A stretch of 20,000 nucleotides of DNA from an uncultured virus (IMG/VR IMGVR_UViG_3300025141_000064) (Duplodnaviria; Heunggongvirae; Uroviricota; Caudoviricetes). This document shows positions 8,543 through 16,394 of the stretch, in pieces. Below the pieces are notes generated by a model. It was not told where the DNA came from. It did not search any database and worked only from the letters and a program-made list of their open reading frames with translations. The position numbers and the translations under genes were made by a program. Every line of letters starts with the position of its first letter. Within the stretch, counting starts at the first letter, position 1. The stretch lies in IMG/VR virus record IMGVR_UViG_3300025141_000064, one strand, 5' to 3'.

Positions 8543-8550
8543 CAAAGGTA
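8543..8550 (-). promoter_or_regulatory. -7 element TACCTTTG (leftward)
   Basis: TAnnTTTG match, back-to-back with an identical rightward octamer at 8598-8605. Confidence 0.6.
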
Positions 8551-8574
8551 CAAACGGGATTATAGTTATTTTCT

Positions 8575-8605
8575 TTTGGTTTTAGAGTTTTTCCACATAC
8601 CTTTG
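8575..8605 (+). promoter_or_regulatory. Complete Bacteroidota sigma-A promoter TTTG-N19-TACCTTTG
   Basis: -33 TTTG at 8575-8578 and -7 at 8598-8605, 17 nt before the HNH ATG. Confidence 0.8.
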
Positions 8606-8622
8606 ACGCGGTTGTTAATAAA

Positions 8623-8922
8623 ATGAGGCCTTACACACTAACATACCTAAAGCACTTCGGCTATTCTGTTGACCAACAGGAGTACATGCCATGTGAAATT
8701 TGTAGTAATCCGTCAGTTGACGTACACCACATAGAAGCCAAGAAGATGGGAGGCTCCAAGTTATTGGACTACATCGAAAACCTAATGGGCTTGTGTCGGG
8801 TGTGCCACGATGATTGCCACGCAGAAGTGTTCAGTATCGAGTGGTTGAAAAAGACCCATGTTGAGTTTCTAACTTATTTCAAAGAACATGGACGGTGCAG
8901 AATACAAAATCTACGAGCGTGA
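8623..8922 (+). CDS. HNH endonuclease
   Basis: CEIC...VDVHHIE...ENLMGLCRVCHDDCH, a zinc-binding HNH pattern. Confidence 0.85.
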   Translation: MRPYTLTYLKHFGYSVDQQEYMPCEICSNPSVDVHHIEAKKMGGSKLLDYIENLMGLCRVCHDDCHAEVFSIEWLKKTHVEFLTYFKEHGRCRIQNLRA

Positions 8923-9301
8923 TGTGCGCGGAGGTCTCCGCGCTATCAACGAATACGAAGACATGGTGGAAGCTGCTGTCGCGTATGAGAAACACAAAGC
9001 TGTTCTAAATAACGAAACAATCTTAATGAGATCAGTAGCAGACGAAGAAGGAGAAATTATAGCGGTCAAAAAGCAAGAGACGGCAAGCCTCGAATATATC
9101 GAAGGGTTGATGAAACAGGCTGGGCTGGCAAAGGAAGATGTCAAGCATCTTATGACGGTGGTGAAGATGTATAAATATAAAAAGTGTGACGAGTTCCGCG
9201 CCACCGCAAAGCTATATGCCGAGCGATACATTAACTTGGGCGACACGAAAATGAACACACTACAATCACAATTAGACTTATTACCTCACCCACAGGACTG
9301 A
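8888..9301 (+). CDS. Hypothetical protein
   Basis: 137-aa ORF tightly packed in the plus-strand operon. Confidence 0.7.
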   Translation: MDGAEYKIYERDVRGGLRAINEYEDMVEAAVAYEKHKAVLNNETILMRSVADEEGEIIAVKKQETASLEYIEGLMKQAGLAKEDVKHLMTVVKMYKYKKCDEFRATAKLYAERYINLGDTKMNTLQSQLDLLPHPQD

Positions 9302-9302
9302 T

Positions 9303-9434
9303 ATGAAATACGGACATTCAAAAGAAGCATTGGAGAACGGACGGAAGCTGAAACTTTACATGAAGAGAGCCTTCTACATTATGAACGCGGTATCTGCGAT
9401 ACTTGTATATCTACTGTACTATGCTGCTAAATGA
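9303..9434 (+). CDS. Small membrane peptide (43 aa)
   Basis: Below the track cutoff. MKYGHSKEALENGRKLKLYMKRAFYIMNAVSAILVYLLYYAAK fills the gap exactly and has one hydrophobic segment. Confidence 0.6.
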   Translation: MKYGHSKEALENGRKLKLYMKRAFYIMNAVSAILVYLLYYAAK

Positions 9435-9741
9435 TTTTCTAAAAGGAGAGATGAGGGTCGCCTTGCGTGCGCGCTTCAATGAGTTGAGAGAGAAACAAAA
9501 AGAAAGCGGAGAACGGGTCGATTGGCTTGAAGAGTATGCCCAAGCCAGTATTCCCTGCATACGCAGACTTCTGATTAAAAAGGAGTTGGAGAACACCGCT
9601 ATTGAATTAGGCTTCCATGATGAGAAGCTAATGTACTCCGCGATTATGTCTAAAGAGATGCTGGACTTCATTCTTGAATGGAGAAAGGTTTTGATGGATA
9701 GAATGGAGATGTTGAATAATGAATACCTAAACTGGAAATAA
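9421..9741 (+). CDS. Hypothetical protein
   Basis: Charged helical ORF. ATG 9421 (or 9451) is more plausible than the track start at 9403. Confidence 0.65.
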   Translation: MLLNDFLKGEMRVALRARFNELREKQKESGERVDWLEEYAQASIPCIRRLLIKKELENTAIELGFHDEKLMYSAIMSKEMLDFILEWRKVLMDRMEMLNNEYLNWK

Positions 9742-9763
9742 ATAAACCTTTTTCTATAAAAGG

Positions 9764-9794
9764 TTTGGCGGTTTCTATAATAGTAGTACATTTG
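9764..9794 (+). promoter_or_regulatory. Complete Bacteroidota promoter TTTG-N19-TACATTTG
   Basis: -33 at 9764-9767 and -7 at 9787-9794, 19 nt before the GNAT ATG. Confidence 0.8.
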
Positions 9795-9813
9795 TCGGGC
9801 AAAGAGGTACAAG

Positions 9814-10296
9814 ATGGAAGGTTGCACAACAATACCCTTAACGAGTAAAGAAGTCACACCAACGGTTCGTTTTCTAAAAGCGGTTGCTGATGAGGCTCAA
9901 TACCTATTGTTGTCGCACGATGTGTTCAATGGAGACCTTGCAGGTTCTATGCAATTCGCGATTATTCATGGGGGCATGACAGGCATTGTTGCTAAAGTGG
10001 ATGGTGGGGTTGTCGGAAACTGTATAGTGTCGAGAGAAGGGTTAGAGGCGAGCCAACACGTTGGGAACGTAATGGTAGCTGTGAGAGAGGATTTGAGGGG
10101 GTTGGGTATTGGGGGGCGCATGGTAGAAGAGGCGATGAAACTGTCTCCGTGTGAGTTATTCGTGGCAGAATGTTTCGCGGAGAATGTGACTTCCATCTTC
10201 CTCTTTGCTTCATTAGGATATAAGCAACGGGGAGAGATGCCCAAATTCATTTACAAGGATAAACAATTTCACACTAAAATAATTCTATCAACATGA
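9814..10296 (+). CDS. GNAT family N-acetyltransferase
   Basis: Acetyl-CoA-binding motif A (VREDLRGLGIGGRMV) and motif B (ENVTSIFLFASLGY). Confidence 0.85.
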   Translation: MEGCTTIPLTSKEVTPTVRFLKAVADEAQYLLLSHDVFNGDLAGSMQFAIIHGGMTGIVAKVDGGVVGNCIVSREGLEASQHVGNVMVAVREDLRGLGIGGRMVEEAMKLSPCELFVAECFAENVTSIFLFASLGYKQRGEMPKFIYKDKQFHTKIILST

Positions 10297-10613
10297 GCGA
10301 AACTCGCACAGGAGAAATCCTAAAGATTGAGGAAACCAAGAAGTTCAGTAGTGGTTTTCAGAAAAGAACATTCATTCTCAAGACGAATGAGAGATACCCC
10401 CAAGAACTACCGTTTGATCTAATCAAAGATGATTGCGACAAGCTGGATGAGTTCAATATGGGCGACACGGTGGAAGCACATTTCAACCTACGTGGGAACG
10501 AGAACAACGGCAGATGGTTTGTTGATCTTACTTGCTGGAAGCTAAAACCATCAGACGGTACGACTGCCGAACCATCGAGCAGCGAACTTGATGACGATGA
10601 CGACCTTTATTAA
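10293..10613 (+). CDS. DUF3127 family OB-fold protein (putative single-stranded DNA-binding protein)
   Basis: FQKRTFIL..ERYPQ..F.L....D....GDTVEAHFNLRG.E.NGRWF..L..WK pattern plus acidic tail DDDDDLY. Confidence 0.85.
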   Translation: MSETRTGEILKIEETKKFSSGFQKRTFILKTNERYPQELPFDLIKDDCDKLDEFNMGDTVEAHFNLRGNENNGRWFVDLTCWKLKPSDGTTAEPSSSELDDDDDLY

Positions 10614-10635
10614 CCAACTCTCTTAATTAAATAAC

Positions 10636-10914
10636 ATGGAATATCTTTTAATAGCAGGAACAGCAGTAATTTTCGGACTACTCATAAATATGGTAAGGAT
10701 GGAAAAAGCCAAGAGGCGCGACCTTGAGGGGCAGATAGTAAGCCTTGGACAACAGAGAGCCAAGCATGATGCGGATTTAGATAAGAAGCAGACGGAGGTT
10801 GATGCGTTGGCGGTGCGTTGCAACAAGCAAGCTGGTATTCTCGGCAAGGCTATGATTAGAAACAGCAAAGGACAAATGCAGAAGTTTGCCGAAGCATATC
10901 CACAGGGAGCATGA
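10636..10914 (+). CDS. Membrane-anchored coiled-coil protein
   Basis: N-terminal hydrophobic helix followed by a heptad-rich segment; AT-rich leader. Confidence 0.7.
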   Translation: MEYLLIAGTAVIFGLLINMVRMEKAKRRDLEGQIVSLGQQRAKHDADLDKKQTEVDALAVRCNKQAGILGKAMIRNSKGQMQKFAEAYPQGA

Positions 10915-11024
10915 GCGGTCTCTATGGAAACGAACCCAGTCCTAACGACTGGATAATCCGACTACTGATATTCTGTATGTCGGCAATGGTAACAGTATCA
11001 ATCTTATACGCAATATTCAAATGA
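10911..11024 (+). CDS. Small membrane peptide (37 aa)
   Basis: MSGLYGNEPSPNDWIIRLLIFCMSAMVTVSILYAIFK, with ATGA overlaps at both ends (10911-10914 and 11021-11024). Confidence 0.65.
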   Translation: MSGLYGNEPSPNDWIIRLLIFCMSAMVTVSILYAIFK

Positions 11025-11308
11025 GCGAAATAATAGACATAGTATTCACCGAGAGAGGTACTGGTAAAAAAATTGAAGGAACCCTTGAGTTCAACGAAGG
11101 GGAAGGGATGCAGCTTATGTTCAAAGTGGACGAGCCACACCCTAAGATGTTTGACGCTCGCTTTGCTGCAATGACAGCAATGGCAGAGGGAATTACTGCT
11201 TTGGTTGAGGGAGCGGAAGAGTTCGATAGGACTGGCAAGAAACCAAAGACCACTCCATTCACTATGATGCCAATGCCAAGAAAGGAAGACGAAAAATATA
11301 TGAACTGA
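11021..11308 (+). CDS. Hypothetical protein
   Basis: 95 aa, translationally coupled on both sides. Confidence 0.7.
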   Translation: MSEIIDIVFTERGTGKKIEGTLEFNEGEGMQLMFKVDEPHPKMFDARFAAMTAMAEGITALVEGAEEFDRTGKKPKTTPFTMMPMPRKEDEKYMN

Positions 11309-11628
11309 TGGTAGACCTATTCAACCAACCACCAAGATTTAACGGCTCTGACTATAAACCAGAGTTAGATGATGTCAGGCTTACGGGTCAGATTGAGCGC
11401 GTGTTCAGGTGCATGAAGGATGGAGAGTGGAGAGGATTGCGGCTGATAGCAGACATAACAGGAGACCCCGAAGCGAGCGTTTCAGCGCAGCTTCGGCACT
11501 TGAGAAAGGAACGCTTTGGAAACCACACCGTAGAAAAGAAAAGGTATGGCGAGGCCAAAAACGGATATTTCAAGTACCGACTACTTGTGCGAGTTCCGAG
11601 CAACAAGGAAGGTACTGTATCAGAATGA
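11308..11628 (+). CDS. Winged helix-turn-helix DNA-binding protein
   Basis: VFRCMKDGEWRGLRLIADITGDPEASVSAQLRHLRK followed by a beta-hairpin wing. Confidence 0.75.
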   Translation: MVDLFNQPPRFNGSDYKPELDDVRLTGQIERVFRCMKDGEWRGLRLIADITGDPEASVSAQLRHLRKERFGNHTVEKKRYGEAKNGYFKYRLLVRVPSNKEGTVSE

Positions 11629-11791
11629 GAATGGTAAAGCAATCCGTTGGGGTTACAAGACGGACAGCGAGATCATTCTGATAATATGGAATGACGGAAC
11701 AGAACTCTTCACCAATACGATGGAGATTGTAGAAAAGGAATTAGAGAAGGTCAAAGGGAAGCCCCTATACAAACAGCCAACACTATTTTGA
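11546..11791 (+). CDS. Hypothetical protein (start uncertain)
   Basis: Fills the gap after the HTH gene and ends in QPTLF. Overlaps the upstream gene by 83 nt. Confidence 0.5.
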   Translation: MARPKTDISSTDYLCEFRATRKVLYQNENGKAIRWGYKTDSEIILIIWNDGTELFTNTMEIVEKELEKVKGKPLYKQPTLF

Positions 11792-11958
11792 ACCACTCAT
11801 ACGCCATATCCATTCTCAACAAGCGCATCATGGAACTTCAAAAATTGAAGCGTGAAGAAGAGGTCAGAGAGTTCTCAAGGAATACAATGGCAAATTGTCG
11901 CTATCAGATTGGGTGCTTGCAGGACAGCGTGAGGGTTTTACTAAAGGATACTGGATGA
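11788..11958 (+). CDS. Hypothetical protein (56 aa, TTG start)
   Basis: MNHSYAISILNKRIMELQKLKREEEVREFSRNTMANCRYQIGCLQDSVRVLLKDTG, with TTGA and ATGA overlaps with its neighbours. Confidence 0.55.
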   Translation: MNHSYAISILNKRIMELQKLKREEEVREFSRNTMANCRYQIGCLQDSVRVLLKDTG

Positions 11959-12122
11959 GGGATGCAGAAATACTGGACAAGGAAATTAAGAAGTCAGACG
12001 AATTGCTCATGTATAAGATGGGCAGGAGAAGTAGACCACAGATAAGGCGCTACCTATTGAGGGTAATGAAAAAAGCCAGAGAACAGGAACGAGCAAAAAT
12101 CAAAGAAGAACAATTACTATGA
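11955..12122 (+). CDS. Small basic hypothetical protein (55 aa)
   Basis: MRDAEILDKEIKK..., with ATGA overlaps on both sides. The track start at 11895 is probably too early. Confidence 0.6.
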   Translation: MRDAEILDKEIKKSDELLMYKMGRRSRPQIRRYLLRVMKKAREQERAKIKEEQLL

Positions 12123-12412
12123 GTGAAACAACAACGAAGTACATATCGGTACTGGCTACCAGTTCAATCAGGGAAGCACAATGCACAAAAGAAACCGACC
12201 ATACTGTTTGGCTGCTGGACGGTGAGGATGAGCCTAAGAAATTCAAGAAGTACGGTGATGCCATTTCGGTACATGACACCTACGCGGAAGCTAAGAAGCG
12301 TCTACTGACCCAATGGAACAAAGCCATCATGCAGCATAAGCACTCCATCATGGTGAGCCATCAACGCATTGCGACATGCAATGACAAGATTGCGCTAATC
12401 AAGCTGCTTTAG
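12119..12412 (+). CDS. Hypothetical protein
   Basis: 97 aa; last gene of the plus-strand cluster. Its 3' end overlaps the convergent gene by 18 nt. Confidence 0.7.
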   Translation: MSETTTKYISVLATSSIREAQCTKETDHTVWLLDGEDEPKKFKKYGDAISVHDTYAEAKKRLLTQWNKAIMQHKHSIMVSHQRIATCNDKIALIKLL

Positions 12413-12844
12413 CGTGGAACCTGCAATACCAGCAGCGTCTACACTCTTTTTTATGCGCTTAACCCTTTTGGTTAGCGTGTCTCCTGACGTTGCTTCTGCG
12501 GCAGCTTCTTTGGGTTGAATAACCTTATGCTTTTCCTCGCCAGCTTTCTCGTTCTCTTTCTTCTGCTCGTTGCTACCGTGTGGATGTGTGTCGGGCAGAG
12601 ACCCACCGCCCGTACCATGAACTGCGCTGTAAATCTGATTTCCGACCTTAACGAACTTCGAGAATTTAGCGAGCGCCTTTGCTCCCTTCTCGGTCTTTGG
12701 ACTATCCCAAGATTTACCTCTGGTGTCCAAATCCGCGTTATCATAGTTGCCAGAAGGTTTACCTGCTGGTTTCTCCTTCCTTGAGGAAAGTACTTTAGCG
12801 AAGGGCTTACTTCCTCCTGCGCCCATTCTTGAACCGTTTGCCAT
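12395..12844 (-). CDS. Lys-rich, probably disordered protein
   Basis: 149 aa from MANGSR (ATG 12844, 2 nt after the upstream stop). Contains PSGNYD. Confidence 0.7.
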   Translation of the reverse strand: MANGSRMGAGGSKPFAKVLSSRKEKPAGKPSGNYDNADLDTRGKSWDSPKTEKGAKALAKFSKFVKVGNQIYSAVHGTGGGSLPDTHPHGSNEQKKENEKAGEEKHKVIQPKEAAAEATSGDTLTKRVKRIKKSVDAAGIAGSTLKQLD

Positions 12845-12846
12845 GA

Positions 12847-13575
12847 TTAGTGTCCTTTTGTTGCTCGTTCCCAAGCTGATTTACTATACTTTTCTATAAA
12901 GGTAGCTTTCTTCATCTTCTTGCCATTGGGCATCATTATCTCCTTGATGGGTTTGTCTTCTTTTCCGCCAGTAGCTTTAGCCAGCGTAGCCCGTTTTATC
13001 GGCTGGGTAGGCTCTTTGTAAACAGGCTTGTCTTCCCACCCTGCTGGCGCTATCTTCCTGTGGAAATACTGGCCTCTTGTAGTAGCGGAAACTACTTCTG
13101 CGGTAGTACCGACCTTTCTTGATGATGTCCCCAAATTACCAAGGATTGAATACATGGTGCGTTCTTCACGGGACAGGTCGCCCCCAGCCGAAGTGTTGTA
13201 TCTACCATAGCCGTAATCAACAGCCTCTCTGAAATCATCTGACCTCCCCTTGACCTTTTTCCACTCCCTTCTGTTCTTCCAGTTGCGGTTATTGAAATCC
13301 GCTAATCGTTTCTTTGTGCCTTTCGGGTCGTATGGGTGCTTCTCAAATTCCTTATTGTACCACTCCAAGTCTTCCTTTTTTTCCTTTTCGGTAAGGTCGG
13401 TAAGGTCAACCGCGCCAGGAAAATCTGTCTGTGGACTTCCTTTAGCGAGATACGCGCTATCAGCAAACAAGGAGTGTGCTGCGTTGTACTCCTGTTCGTC
13501 AAGGATATACTTCGTCCTTTCGGCATGTACCCTCTCAAGGCGTTCTAATTCTCGCGAAAGGGAAAAGTTCCACAT
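12847..13575 (-). CDS. Highly charged hypothetical protein
   Basis: 242 aa, with identical ACTAATCATG junctions on both sides. Confidence 0.75.
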   Translation of the reverse strand: MWNFSLSRELERLERVHAERTKYILDEQEYNAAHSLFADSAYLAKGSPQTDFPGAVDLTDLTEKEKKEDLEWYNKEFEKHPYDPKGTKKRLADFNNRNWKNRREWKKVKGRSDDFREAVDYGYGRYNTSAGGDLSREERTMYSILGNLGTSSRKVGTTAEVVSATTRGQYFHRKIAPAGWEDKPVYKEPTQPIKRATLAKATGGKEDKPIKEIMMPNGKKMKKATFIEKYSKSAWERATKGH

Positions 13576-13577
13576 GA

Positions 13578-14111
13578 TTAGTACCGTGTGTTTTGGATGC
13601 CGATTAGTTTAGCGGTAGATTTCTTTTTAGGCTCTTCTGGCTTCTTCCATTTTCTTTTGTCTGGGCTGTCGTAATTCCCAGATGGGGTTGCTTGTTTTGG
13701 AGCGGTGTCAGCAATCTTTTTCTTAGTGACCTTATCGGTAAACTTACTCAATGTGGTTCCCAGTTTTTTGTTGCGATAAGAAACCTTCTTACCAGTTATC
13801 TTCCACATCTTCTTATGCCCCGTGGTGTTCCCTCTTAGCCGCTCGCGGTCTCTGTGTTGAAGAAAGGCAGATTTTCCCAACACCCGATCAAAGGCAGAAA
13901 GGTCAAATTTCTTAGTGGCGCTTGCTAACGCTGGGCGTGAACCTCCTGATGGAGGCTGCACGAACGAGTGCTTACGCATGCGCTTGAACGTGGGATAAGG
14001 ATTCTGTTTACTGCCATCTTTATTTACTTTCGGCTCCTTACCCTTTTCCAACGCTGGTCTTCCACCTTGCGTTCCAGCGTCTCCGCTCACCCTTATTCTG
14101 CCGTATGCCAT
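13578..14111 (-). CDS. Lys-rich, probably disordered protein
   Basis: 177 aa and very basic. Contains GGRPAL, GGSRPAL and PSGNYD. Confidence 0.75.
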   Translation of the reverse strand: MAYGRIRVSGDAGTQGGRPALEKGKEPKVNKDGSKQNPYPTFKRMRKHSFVQPPSGGSRPALASATKKFDLSAFDRVLGKSAFLQHRDRERLRGNTTGHKKMWKITGKKVSYRNKKLGTTLSKFTDKVTKKKIADTAPKQATPSGNYDSPDKRKWKKPEEPKKKSTAKLIGIQNTRY

Positions 14112-14127
14112 GCCATAAAAATAGTAA

Positions 14128-14748
14128 TCACTTGCGTATGAAACACAATCCGTTGTGAAACGTGAGGGAAGTTATGTCAGGATATTTGCGTTTGCGACCC
14201 TTAACGAGTTCATGTCCGTTGTTGTAATCCTGACCCCAGTTGTTCACATCATCAATGAGGTCTTTCAGAAACTCAACGCCAGTAACCAGCTTCGTCCACT
14301 CATCGACATCCTGCATAAAATTGGATTTGTAAGAGGTCTGTAAATCCTCAATCACATACACCCCCCCCTTCTCCACATGGGGAAACAGCGTAACAAAGGA
14401 TTGTATCTGCTGCTGCATGGTATGACCGCCATCATCTATGACCATATCGAATTTCGGAACCTTTCGCATCAGCGAGTTGAGAAATTCCACATCAGCCTGA
14501 TCTCCGATATGAATGTCCACACCATTGATGTCGATGTCCAAACACTTGGGGTCGATGTCAATTCCTGTAATACGTGTGGTGTGTGGAAAGAACTCACGCC
14601 ACATCCTCATGGACTTACCGCCCTGTACGCCTATCTCAAGAAGGTGTTTGACCTTTCTGCCTTTGAGATGCTTGAAATAAATATCGGGGTAATTGTACTT
14701 CTGTTTATCCGTGCCGTATGTCTCTGCCCACTTCGCTAATCTGTTCAT
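14128..14748 (-). CDS. Class I SAM-dependent methyltransferase (MycE/Methyltransf_24-like O-methyltransferase)
   Basis: GTDK, LLEIGVQGGKS, GIDID, GDQAD, FDMVIDDGGH and GGVYVIED motifs. Confidence 0.85.
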   Translation of the reverse strand: MNRLAKWAETYGTDKQKYNYPDIYFKHLKGRKVKHLLEIGVQGGKSMRMWREFFPHTTRITGIDIDPKCLDIDINGVDIHIGDQADVEFLNSLMRKVPKFDMVIDDGGHTMQQQIQSFVTLFPHVEKGGVYVIEDLQTSYKSNFMQDVDEWTKLVTGVEFLKDLIDDVNNWGQDYNNGHELVKGRKRKYPDITSLTFHNGLCFIRK

Positions 14749-14820
14749 GCACGAAAATAAAAACTTAAACTCAAACAGGTGCGTTGATCCCCTAATGTCT
14801 ATTGGCCTTTCCTTCTCTGC

Positions 14821-16185
14821 TCAAAACAGATTCAACTGCGCTCCTACTGCATTTTCACTCTTCACTACCTTCTTTGCGTTCTCCACCCTTTTCCTTGAGA
14901 TCTCGATGTACTCTTTTTCCTTTTCAATGCCGATAAAGTCCATTCCTTCAAACACCGCGGCCTTTCCTGTTGACCCCGACCCCATGAACGGATCCAATAC
15001 AATTCCATCAGGCGGTGTTACAAGTCTTACTAAGTATCTCATTAACTCAACTGGCTTAACTGTTGGGTGGTTATTTGCTCTTGGTTCTCCTAATGCGTTT
15101 TTTCTACCCTCTGCTGGTTTACTTCTTGCACTATCAGGTGGCTCACCCAATGGCAACCCCTCACACCCTGCATTCCGTTCTTTCTTACTTGCTTTTGCAC
15201 AATAGAAGAATCTTGATGCACCACCTTCATCTCCTATCTGAGTAGTACGCCTTTCTTGTTGAACACCATAAGTATTGAATTGCCCGCCTTTAGCTATTGA
15301 ATCCATATCTCCTGATTTCAGCTGGCCGCTTTGTTCATCCAACATCTTTCCTGCTTCTTCATCAAGGATTATGTTTGCTGGGAATCTGCCTTCTGGTTGA
15401 ACAAAGTTTCCTGCACCGCCATCTCGCTTGTATCGCCAATTTTCCGCCCCATCATGCCTCTCAGTTCCATCCTTCGCATAAGCACCACCATTCAAGTCTT
15501 CCTCTGTCTCTATCCTACACCCATCAATATTTATCCCACCTGTCCCATGCTCAAGCACATTCTTTGCAATCGTCTTTTCACTCAACGGTTTTCTTGCCAT
15601 GACAATCGGTTCGTGTGCTGGTTTGAGTGCAGTTCCCCATCCTTCCCATTGTTGTGCTTCGGGTGTGGTGGGGGTAGTGATGTCGTAAAATCCTGCCGCC
15701 CCCATTTTATACCCCTGCGTGGGGTTGTTATGGTCGCGACTTATCGTTCCAACATCAGCGTCATTGAACTTTGAATTGCCGCTCAAGGCAGAGGCAACCG
15801 CTTGACCGATGACTTCCCGTTCCGCACCTGCGGCTTTGTCTATCGCCTTGCTGATGTTATGCGACTTCGGGAAACCCGACCCATACACCCACATGATCTG
15901 GTCGCGTATCTCAAAACCAGCATCCTCAATGTTCACAGCCATACGATGATATGTTCTTGCACCCGCGAACGATAGAAGATGACCGCCATGCTTCAACACT
16001 CGCAAGCACTCGCACCAAACCGCAACGCTTGGCACATCATAGTCCCATTCCTTACCCATGAAGGACAAGCCGTATGGTGGATCGGTAACCATACTGTCAA
16101 CCGAATCAGCCTCCATCCCTCTCAGAACCTCCAAACAATCCCCGTGGTGAAGCGTGACAATACTCTCTCTACCTGTTAAATTCAT
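14821..16185 (-). CDS. DNA N6-adenine/N4-cytosine methyltransferase, beta class
   Basis: Catalytic DPPY near the N-terminus; HPTVKP and SAM-binding DPFMGSGSTG near the C-terminus. Confidence 0.92.
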   Translation of the reverse strand: MNLTGRESIVTLHHGDCLEVLRGMEADSVDSMVTDPPYGLSFMGKEWDYDVPSVAVWCECLRVLKHGGHLLSFAGARTYHRMAVNIEDAGFEIRDQIMWVYGSGFPKSHNISKAIDKAAGAEREVIGQAVASALSGNSKFNDADVGTISRDHNNPTQGYKMGAAGFYDITTPTTPEAQQWEGWGTALKPAHEPIVMARKPLSEKTIAKNVLEHGTGGINIDGCRIETEEDLNGGAYAKDGTERHDGAENWRYKRDGGAGNFVQPEGRFPANIILDEEAGKMLDEQSGQLKSGDMDSIAKGGQFNTYGVQQERRTTQIGDEGGASRFFYCAKASKKERNAGCEGLPLGEPPDSARSKPAEGRKNALGEPRANNHPTVKPVELMRYLVRLVTPPDGIVLDPFMGSGSTGKAAVFEGMDFIGIEKEKEYIEISRKRVENAKKVVKSENAVGAQLNLF

Positions 16186-16394
16186 TACTTAATGGGTTTC
16201 CATTGACCGTCCTCAAACCGCTTGCGGCTAATATCAATTATGTTCTCACCAGAGTTTCGCTGATACCCTTCTTCAAGGTCAACGGCACTCTTTCCACACT
16301 CGCAATAGTTCATATCGTGTCGTATCGCAGAGTATGAAACCACTACATCCTGACACTTTCCGCATTTCCAGATCAATCGTATTCCTTTTTTCAT
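16185..16394 (-). CDS. Small zinc-ribbon protein
   Basis: CGKC...RHDMNYCECGKSAVD, coupled to both neighbours. Confidence 0.7.
   Translation of the reverse strand: MKKGIRLIWKCGKCQDVVVSYSAIRHDMNYCECGKSAVDLEEGYQRNSGENIIDISRKRFEDGQWKPIK

Noticed and set aside
10636..11024. Spanin (Rz/Rz1) or holin pair
   Set aside because: No lipobox lipoprotein or endolysin is nearby, and the context is a non-structural operon.
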